DNA of 64,000 nucleotides from Giardia intestinalis (Eukaryota): NCBI GenBank assembly GCA_000002435.2, contig CM018793.1; one strand, 5' to 3'. Shown piece by piece: positions 57,667 to 64,000 of this stretch (position 1 is its first letter; each line of letters starts with the position of its first letter). The notes under the pieces were generated by a model. It saw only the letters and a program-made list of their open reading frames with translations, ran no database searches and was not told where the DNA came from. The position numbers and the translations under genes were made by a program.

Positions 57667-59508
57667 ATGTACCTGTTATATGAGGCCGCGTCTGGCTTAG
57701 CGATGTTCAAGGTTTTGGACGAAAGCAAGCTTAAGGCCGCCGACCTGGTCGGGGCAATGATGCGCACAAGTAGTGACGTCCAGAAAATAGTTTCCCTTGT
57801 CTCATTTTCAAAGTTTCCAAGCGTCGAGGGTGCGTTAGCCACACAAACCTCAACCTTTGAGAAGGATGTGAGCGAGGAGCTAAAAAAGTTTGTGGAGAAA
57901 CACTTTGTGAACACCGTAGCCAAGAAGGATGCGTCCGAAAAGCTCCTGGTCCAGGACCCTCACATGGTTACCGCCCTCAAGGATGTCTACGGGGTCCGTG
58001 CTGCATTTAATGACATAGTTGTTGAGCTGTCTAGGGGGATACGTACGCATCTGGCCTCCATTCTCCCTGATTTTGATCAAGAACACGACAGCTCAATGGC
58101 GATGGGGCTTGCACACTCCTTTTCTCGCTACCGCGTCAAGTTCAATGCTGACTCTATAGATATCATGCTTATTCAAGCCATTGCTTTAATTGACGACACT
58201 GAGAAGGATATCAACCAGTTTGCCATGCGACTTCGTGAGTGGATGGTTTGGCACTTCCCCGAGCTGATTACTATCGTACCAGATAATATAGACTATGCCA
58301 GGACTGTAGTCGTGCTCCGGGACAGGAGGCATCTCGAGGAGTCGCTCACAACGTCTGGCCGCGAAAAGTTCATAAAGGCCCTTAACAAAGCGTCTAAGGA
58401 TCAAGCTTATGCCATTATATCTGCTGCTAAGACATCTGTTGGCACGGATATTACTGACCAGGACTCCGACAGAGTTGTCCACCTGGCTGAGGAGCTTCTT
58501 TCTTTGGTCTCATACCGCGAGGAGTTGCATGAGTACATTGAGGCACGCATGCTTGCTGTTGCACCCAATTTCACCCGCATTGTCGGGTCCATCGTCGGCG
58601 TCCGTCTTCTGGCCAAAGCGGGAAGTTTGCTCAACCTTGCCAAGCTCCCCGCATCCACCTTGCAGATTCTTGGCTCAGAACGTGCACTTTTCCGTGCCAA
58701 GAAAATGCGATCCAAGCAGACGCCCAAATATGGGTTTATCTATCACGCTGCGCTTGTGGGAAAAGCATCTGCAACCAATCGAGGGAAGATGGCACGTGTC
58801 GTAGCAACAAACGCATCTCTTGCTGCTCGTGTGGACGCTCTCTCGGAGTCCTCTAACACCAGCTTTGCTAAAGGAAAGCTTGAGAAGATAAACGCGTCTC
58901 TGCGCTTCTATGAAGGGGACAAGCAAGCTCGCTCAAACAGAAAATCTATTGCTTCACAGAAGATGGAAGCATACAGGCGCGGAGTGGCAACAGGATATGA
59001 AGGGAAGGGGGACATGAAGCTTTCGAAGGAAACAGCCCCTGCTGCTGAGCCCAAAAAGACTCGAATGACGGAGGCGTTTGAGGAAGACACTGGGTTCACG
59101 CAGACCAAGGCCTCACAGGATAAGGGCTCAAGAAATAAGGAGAATGCACAAGAACGACAAGACGATGCTATGCCAGCGCCCTTAGAGCCTTTATCGAGTG
59201 CTGCGAAGAAAGACGAGCCCGTGGCACCAATTGAGGTGGATGCGGAAGACACCAATGACACCAAGGACGCTAAGGAGAAGCATAAGGAGAAGAGCAAGGA
59301 AAAGCACAGAGACAAGGACAAAGAAAAAGAAAAGCACAAGGAGAAGGAGAAGGATAAAGAGAAGCACAGGGACAAGGATAAGGATAAAGAAAGAGATAAG
59401 GAAAAACATAAAGACAAGGACAAGCACAGGGATAAAGACAGAGAAAAAGACAAGGAAAAGCATAAGAGCAAGGATGACGATAAGAAGAACAAGACGCACT
59501 CCAAGTAA
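57667..59508 (+). CDS. NOP58: Nop56/Nop58-family box C/D snoRNP protein (613 aa) with a KKE/D-rich C-terminal tail.
   Basis: The N-terminus MYLLYEAASGLAMFKVLDE... and the Nop domain ...GSLLNLAKLPASTLQILGSERALFRAKKMRSKQTPKYGFIYHAALVG... match Nop56/58. The C-terminus is a long KDKEKHKDK low-complexity tail. Confidence 0.88.
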   Translation: MYLLYEAASGLAMFKVLDESKLKAADLVGAMMRTSSDVQKIVSLVSFSKFPSVEGALATQTSTFEKDVSEELKKFVEKHFVNTVAKKDASEKLLVQDPHMVTALKDVYGVRAAFNDIVVELSRGIRTHLASILPDFDQEHDSSMAMGLAHSFSRYRVKFNADSIDIMLIQAIALIDDTEKDINQFAMRLREWMVWHFPELITIVPDNIDYARTVVVLRDRRHLEESLTTSGREKFIKALNKASKDQAYAIISAAKTSVGTDITDQDSDRVVHLAEELLSLVSYREELHEYIEARMLAVAPNFTRIVGSIVGVRLLAKAGSLLNLAKLPASTLQILGSERALFRAKKMRSKQTPKYGFIYHAALVGKASATNRGKMARVVATNASLAARVDALSESSNTSFAKGKLEKINASLRFYEGDKQARSNRKSIASQKMEAYRRGVATGYEGKGDMKLSKETAPAAEPKKTRMTEAFEEDTGFTQTKASQDKGSRNKENAQERQDDAMPAPLEPLSSAAKKDEPVAPIEVDAEDTNDTKDAKEKHKEKSKEKHRDKDKEKEKHKEKEKDKEKHRDKDKDKERDKEKHKDKDKHRDKDREKDKEKHKSKDDDKKNKTHSK

Positions 59509-59510
59509 AT
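59504..59510 (+). terminator. Polyadenylation signal AGTAAAT overlapping the Nop56/58 TAA stop. The Aurora kinase ATG follows 12 bp after the stop.
   Basis: Sequence 'ccaAGTAAATaacttaaaaaATGccg'. Confidence 0.5.
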
Positions 59511-59520
59511 AACTTAAAAA

Positions 59521-60456
59521 ATGCCGCAGCACTTGGTACCCCACACAGGGACAGGAAAGCGCACTACAATAGAGGACTTTGAGATTGGACGCTTTCTTGG
59601 TCGTGGAAAGTATGGCTTGGTTTACCTAGCACGTGAACAGTCCTCCAAGTTGGTGGTTGCCCTTAAAGTGCTGTATAAATCCTACATCAAATCGGAGCGT
59701 GTTGAGGGCCAGGTGCGCAGGGAATTGGATATACATCTTAATGTGAGGCACATAAACATAATTCGCTTGTATACTTGGTTCCAGGACGAGACCCGAGTCT
59801 TTTTGGTCCTCGAAGTGGCTCCGTACGGCGAGCTTTACCAAAGGTTACAGCAGTTCGGGAAGTTTCCTCTACCCGTTGTAAGCAAGATTATTCGAGACGT
59901 GGCACAGGCGATACAGTATCTTCACAGAAAGAACATCTTCCATAGGGACCTTAAGGCAGAAAACATCTTGATTTGCAAGGGGAAAGAGACCAAAGAGCAC
60001 ACAGATGCGCACAATTCAGATGACTCCATTTCTGTGCATGAACACGAGCTAGTCCGAATGGCACACTACACATACAAGATTGCAGACTTTGGATGGTCCG
60101 TGCACCATCCAACCCACGGTGGCCGACGACGCACCCAGTGCGGAACTCTCGACTACCTTCCCCCGGAGGTCATGCTCGGACAATCTTATGATAAGGCTTG
60201 CGATATCTGGTCACTCGGAGCCCTGTGCTATGAGCTCATCTGTGGCACCGCGCCCTTCTACCACGACGAAATCAAGATCACACGACAAAATATAGCCAAC
60301 GTAGAGTATAGCTTTACTAAGGACTTCAGCCCAGCCAGCAAAGATTTCATCCAGCGGATGTTAATTAGAAGCCCAGAGGCCCGGATCTCCATAGAGGATA
60401 TCCTCCGGCATCCATTCCTGAGACAGACAGATCACAGGAGTAAGGTCCCCAAGTAG
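59521..60456 (+). CDS. AURK: Aurora-family serine/threonine protein kinase (311 aa).
   Basis: FEIGRFLGRGKYGLVYLAREQSSKLVVALKVL..., HRDLKAENIL..., KIADFGWSVH...RRRTQCGTLDYLPPEVMLGQSYDKACDIWSLGALCYELICGTAPF. The DFGWS and TxCGTLDYLPPE motifs are diagnostic for Aurora kinases. Confidence 0.9.
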   Translation: MPQHLVPHTGTGKRTTIEDFEIGRFLGRGKYGLVYLAREQSSKLVVALKVLYKSYIKSERVEGQVRRELDIHLNVRHINIIRLYTWFQDETRVFLVLEVAPYGELYQRLQQFGKFPLPVVSKIIRDVAQAIQYLHRKNIFHRDLKAENILICKGKETKEHTDAHNSDDSISVHEHELVRMAHYTYKIADFGWSVHHPTHGGRRRTQCGTLDYLPPEVMLGQSYDKACDIWSLGALCYELICGTAPFYHDEIKITRQNIANVEYSFTKDFSPASKDFIQRMLIRSPEARISIEDILRHPFLRQTDHRSKVPK

Positions 60457-60693
60457 TCATCCGTTGGTCACCTTTGCTGCCTCTTTCCTTCTCTCCATGG
60501 CCTGAACCAGCTCATCCCCGTCATAGAGTCCAAAGTACCCTGGACTAAACTCCACCACATGCTCATTGTTCATTCAGACACGCTGTGGCAGGCTCCGAGG
60601 GTCAACGGGTGGTCTTTCTGTCCTTTTTGTTAAAATTACAATTTATTGCATATGGCTTTAACAAGGTTTTTTTTGTTGTTGGTTGAGAATTTA

Positions 60694-61173
60694 ATGACCG
60701 GAACTAGCAACGTACAGCCATCAGATGTCCCGGGCCAGCAGCTAGATGTGGGTACGTTACCAAACGAGGCCCTAGAGGCCATCTACAAGCAGGTAGTAGT
60801 TGAGCTGGATACGTTGTCCAAGACGCTCCCACTCATCCAAGGAGCAATCAATGAGCGCATTGCCGCAATAGAGGCAATCAAAAAGTTTCAGAGCATCAAG
60901 CCGGATGACGAAGTCCTTGTACCCCTCACTCTTTCTTCCTATGTAAAGGGGAACGTCCCCGACACATCGAAGGTCATGGTCATCCTCGGGGGAGGATACA
61001 CGGCGGAGATGTCGGTACCAGATGCCATAGAGTTTGAGAATTCACGCCTCCAAACCAGGCGCGCAGAGCTTAGCAAGGTCAAGAATGCGATGGCAATTCA
61101 CAACCAGACAAGAGCGCAGATTGAGGACGAGGTAGAGAGGCGCAGGGTCTCATCAACTGCCCAGAAGCAGTAA
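60694..61173 (+). CDS. Prefoldin alpha-type subunit (about 159 aa).
   Basis: A coiled-coil, beta-hairpin, coiled-coil layout with EVLVPLTLSSYVKGNVPDTSKVMVILGGGYTAEMSVPDAIEF, the signature hairpin of prefoldin alpha. The track start at 60646 is a TTG. The candidate ATGs are 60652 and 60694. I prefer 60694, which avoids a signal-peptide-like MALTRFFLLLVENL that would be odd for a cytosolic chaperone. Confidence 0.6.
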   Translation: MTGTSNVQPSDVPGQQLDVGTLPNEALEAIYKQVVVELDTLSKTLPLIQGAINERIAAIEAIKKFQSIKPDDEVLVPLTLSSYVKGNVPDTSKVMVILGGGYTAEMSVPDAIEFENSRLQTRRAELSKVKNAMAIHNQTRAQIEDEVERRRVSSTAQKQ

Positions 61174-61210
61174 ATGGAAGCATGCTACTCTATACTTTTC
61201 AGTTGCGTGT

Positions 61211-63418
61211 TCATTCTGCCGGGCGCTGCTCTATGACTATTGTGGTCAGGAACTTCTCCACAGTGTAGTTATATACCCGATATCCTTTGGTCATGAGCTG
61301 AGACGATATAAACGGCATTTTCCCCTTGACAATCCGCCTGGCAACGGACCAATCCAGATTGACTTCGTAAACAAATTCAAAGGTCAGCACGGGATCTAAA
61401 CTGGAGAGGATATCATGAGGCTTTACGGGGTTCTGGGGCTGATATGTCGCTTGTGACACCGGTCTTGTCCAGGTGCTAGAAAATACACTCTGGTCATCAT
61501 CTGCATACGATTGAGATGGTTGGACTAACGGGGCTTCCTGTGCGGACGACTGAGATGATTGTATGGGTGGAAGCATGCTTGGAGGTAGTGATTCATTGAT
61601 AAAGGCCGTCTGTAGAGCCATTAGGCGCGATTTTTTCCACTGTTCATAATTCGCTTGTGCATTCGGCTCCTCATAGCTCTGCTGCCGTTTATCCTCATAC
61701 ATAGATTCATTGCTATTGTCTGTTGTTGGAGGAACAAGACTGTAGGGCATCGCCCCGCCTATGTTCATTGCCATTTGTGTCCACGGAGCGTGTCCTTCCC
61801 CTGCTGCATTTCTGCTGTGATCCACTGTGGCTCCATAAATGCTAATCCCAAGTGAGTCCTGGATACCGGGGTAAGCAGATGCAGATACAGAGGACCCGGG
61901 ACCTGGACGGGGCGCAGTCGAACCGGGCTCAGACGGTTGGATCTGATGTGTGCTCTGCAGCTCTGCAATCCTCGCTAAGAGAAAGGAGACGATGTCACCA
62001 ACAATGGATTTTTCCGATCGCAATACGCATGTGTTCTTTCCAAAAACGGGTGCGTCAACGGGGAAGGGCTTTATGAGAGACATCATGTTGAGACCCATTT
62101 TCACTATGATGGAGGTAGACATTCTGAGAAATGCAGATGGTATGTATGCATCCACCATTCCCCTGAGGCAGAGAATAACGTCCGTGTGATACCAGGCACC
62201 GTCAATCTTAGTCATCGACCACGTGTGCCGCCGGTTGGCAGATTTAGAAGGCAAAGAGATGACGTTGCTATTTCCCAGGGGTCCTGAGACAATTGCAGTT
62301 GCTTCCGTGTCTCTGCCGATCTGTGTTTGGGTGGATGGTTTGAGGACCTGGCTGGCAGACAAGTTGAGATCGGGCTCTGGCTTGATCTCCTCCACAATAG
62401 TTTCAAAATTCTTCTTAGTGCCCTTCTTAGTGGCAACAATCTTCCTGTTTATTATCTCACCGTCCTCAGCAGATACCGCTATCCCTGCAAACGACTCACC
62501 TGAGCCGTTCTCTCCCTTATTGGTCAGATGACCTGTATATCTATGGCCACCAAGACTGTCTGGACGATGGATGGAGCTCAAGGTCATGTTCATATTCGTC
62601 GACCCAGCAAGGATACCTTCACTGTGCTGCTTCTGCACTAGATCGAGTACCATGGCATCTTGCTCTCCGTATATGTGATCGTACTGATGTGTGACATCAT
62701 TCATAACGTTGAACTTGTCTGTTCCGTGGGTGCTGAAAACTGTTCGCGGAGATGCATCCTTCGGGTGGGCAGAAAAGATAGAAACATCGGCTGCTACATC
62801 TCTGACAGAGTAGTCACCGCGAACACATGTTGCCTGTATTCCGATCATGGAGCAAAGGAGCTGATACGCTTTGGCAAAACCTTCACATGAAGATCTGCGC
62901 CTGAGAAAGAACCCCTCGATAGTGAATTGAGACATATCCGTGTCAGAAAGCACCTCGTATCTTCCGTAGCTGAGCAGCCACTCTATAACGACCTGAATCT
63001 TGGCAAGGTCCGTTTCTGTGCGTCCGACCACTTCTTGAGAATGATAGTACGGCTTAAAGTAGAGGTCTATCGTTTCCATGATTTGCTGGGCCCTAGACCT
63101 AACTATCTCTGGGTTGAATGCTGCAAATGTTAGGGTGCACTTGCCTTGGTCTGTGGAAATAGACTCAACAAAGGTGTGGAAGATCTCTGGGTGATCCAGA
63201 AGTACTGCCTGGTTGACTCTGTTTGCAGACTTTCGGCTTCTAGCTGCAGCGTACATGAGACAATCCAAAGATGACGAATAGGATCTATAGCCGTCTAGTA
63301 TAAAGTCATAAAGTTCCTGCTCCTGTTGAGATAAAGTTCCGCGGTAGATACTGGGGGTAGCAATGTTGAAAGCTAGTGACTGATTCTCTTTTATAGCAGT
63401 TGAATTCCCGCAACCCAT
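61211..63418 (-). CDS. Transglutaminase-like (TGc) cysteine-protease-fold protein with an N-terminal MGCGNS dual-acylation motif (about 735 aa).
   Basis: A TGc core-like segment (EGFFLRRRSSCEGFAKAYQLLCSMIGIQATCVRGDY), followed later by WYHTDVIL. The track start at 63430 is a GTG. The first ATG, at 63418, gives MGCGNSTAIK (Gly2 for myristoylation, Cys3 for palmitoylation), behind 'caaaaggtgaaaaaacttATG'. Confidence 0.7.
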   Translation of the reverse strand: MGCGNSTAIKENQSLAFNIATPSIYRGTLSQQEQELYDFILDGYRSYSSSLDCLMYAAARSRKSANRVNQAVLLDHPEIFHTFVESISTDQGKCTLTFAAFNPEIVRSRAQQIMETIDLYFKPYYHSQEVVGRTETDLAKIQVVIEWLLSYGRYEVLSDTDMSQFTIEGFFLRRRSSCEGFAKAYQLLCSMIGIQATCVRGDYSVRDVAADVSIFSAHPKDASPRTVFSTHGTDKFNVMNDVTHQYDHIYGEQDAMVLDLVQKQHSEGILAGSTNMNMTLSSIHRPDSLGGHRYTGHLTNKGENGSGESFAGIAVSAEDGEIINRKIVATKKGTKKNFETIVEEIKPEPDLNLSASQVLKPSTQTQIGRDTEATAIVSGPLGNSNVISLPSKSANRRHTWSMTKIDGAWYHTDVILCLRGMVDAYIPSAFLRMSTSIIVKMGLNMMSLIKPFPVDAPVFGKNTCVLRSEKSIVGDIVSFLLARIAELQSTHQIQPSEPGSTAPRPGPGSSVSASAYPGIQDSLGISIYGATVDHSRNAAGEGHAPWTQMAMNIGGAMPYSLVPPTTDNSNESMYEDKRQQSYEEPNAQANYEQWKKSRLMALQTAFINESLPPSMLPPIQSSQSSAQEAPLVQPSQSYADDDQSVFSSTWTRPVSQATYQPQNPVKPHDILSSLDPVLTFEFVYEVNLDWSVARRIVKGKMPFISSQLMTKGYRVYNYTVEKFLTTIVIEQRPAE

Positions 63419-63560
63419 AAGTTTTTTCACCTTTTGTCAGACACAGGCAGTCACGCCTTCCTTGAGATCCCGACTGTCGTACATATCTTTTCATGTACAC
63501 AAATGGAGTAGTAGTAAAGTTAGTCCATGGCGTTTTAAAGATAGTAAAGATAGAGTTCTT

Positions 63561-64000
63561 ATGCAGAAGGACCGGCTGCCCTCATTGGAGCTGTGCCCAG
63601 ATACCCTAGTGGCTGTGGCCAGGGAGCTGACTGAATTTTTAAGCAGTTATGCGTGCACCGGAGCTACTTCTAAATTCTCGACAGCTCTATCTAAGGAGCT
63701 AGAAACACTCATTCGGAAACACTGCCCAGTCTGCCAAGGAACATTAGCGATCGTTTGTGGAGACCACCAGTTGGGCGTGTACCCCAGAGATGAAGTCGTT
63801 GCGTTATTGTTTACACCACCTAATGACAGTGTCCACAGTCCCTTGACAGACGGTGGATTTGAAAATAGTACCCTTCATGACGCGCTACTAGATGCTAAAT
63901 ATACAATAATAGCATATACTACCACCAGCATCTCCTTGGTGACAACCTCAAATGATTTGACACTATTCTATTACGTTGCACTAGTTATAGATCCGGCAGT
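63561..64000 (+). CDS. Hypothetical protein, N-terminal fragment (at least 146 aa). The ORF continues past the window end.
   Basis: ATG at 63561 (MQKDRLPSLELCPDTLVAVARELTEFLSSYACTGATSKFSTALSKELETLIRKHCPVCQG...) is open to position 64000. It is not in the track because it has no in-window stop. Confidence 0.45.
   Translation, partial: MQKDRLPSLELCPDTLVAVARELTEFLSSYACTGATSKFSTALSKELETLIRKHCPVCQGTLAIVCGDHQLGVYPRDEVVALLFTPPNDSVHSPLTDGGFENSTLHDALLDAKYTIIAYTTTSISLVTTSNDLTLFYYVALVIDPA

Noticed and set aside
58908..59544. Minus-strand ORFs of 198 and 117 aa opposite the Nop56/58 C-terminus.
   Set aside because: They are the antisense of the KDKEKHK low-complexity tail. The predicted products (LSLSLSLCF..., FLVFFSVFIPVLVLVF...) are repeat-driven artefacts.
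1..64000. CRISPR arrays, prokaryotic operons or phage-defence systems.
   Set aside because: The window is eukaryotic, with VSPs, Aurora kinase, Nop58, TCTP and eukaryotic poly(A) signals. No short direct-repeat and spacer arrays were seen.

Overview
This window reads as nuclear DNA from Giardia, an intron-poor diplomonad (my inference). The evidence is three cysteine-rich CXXC/GGCY membrane-protein genes whose C-termini match the Giardia variant-specific surface protein (VSP) tail '...GFLCWWFVCRGKA*', AGTRAAY polyadenylation signals 0-15 nt after stop codons, AT-rich initiator regions directly in front of ATGs, very short intergenic spacers, and uninterrupted ORFs.

Layout:
- 1-16339 (minus strand): a giant ORF of more than 5,400 codons that is still open at the window edge. 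The ORF track does not list it because it has no in-window stop.
- 16350-18890: a ~550-bp inverted repeat flanking a 1.4-kb GC-rich core that is strongly depleted of A on the plus strand. A third partial copy of the repeat lies at 27031-27360, next to a second skewed GC-rich tract.
- 18941-22461 (minus strand): two tandem VSP genes; the downstream one has lost its start codon and signal peptide.
- 22500-28450: a ~6-kb GC-rich region with no convincing protein genes, which is unusual for Giardia.
- 28455-30629 (plus strand): a VSP-like gene with a non-canonical 'YRGRK' tail and a mosaic composition.
- 31 kb to the window end: a compact housekeeping block. It contains ubiquitin-activating enzyme E1, a PPPDE/DeSI peptidase, ribosomal protein S15, a GCN5 acetyltransferase, a 4-TM membrane protein, an enkurin-domain protein, BolA, a CEP164-like WW/coiled-coil protein, TCTP, an LRR protein, the SPB1 rRNA methyltransferase, a 2,032-aa hypothetical protein, an Sfi1-like repeat protein, Nop56/58, Aurora kinase, prefoldin alpha, a transglutaminase-like protein and a partial ORF.

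About the ORF track: it uses GTG and TTG as start codons (translated as M) and omits ORFs that run off the window, so several listed starts are over-extended. I moved starts to the first ATG that has an AT-rich upstream region. I found no CRISPR arrays, rRNA or obvious tRNA genes. All identifications rest on reading the sequence by eye; no database searches were run.
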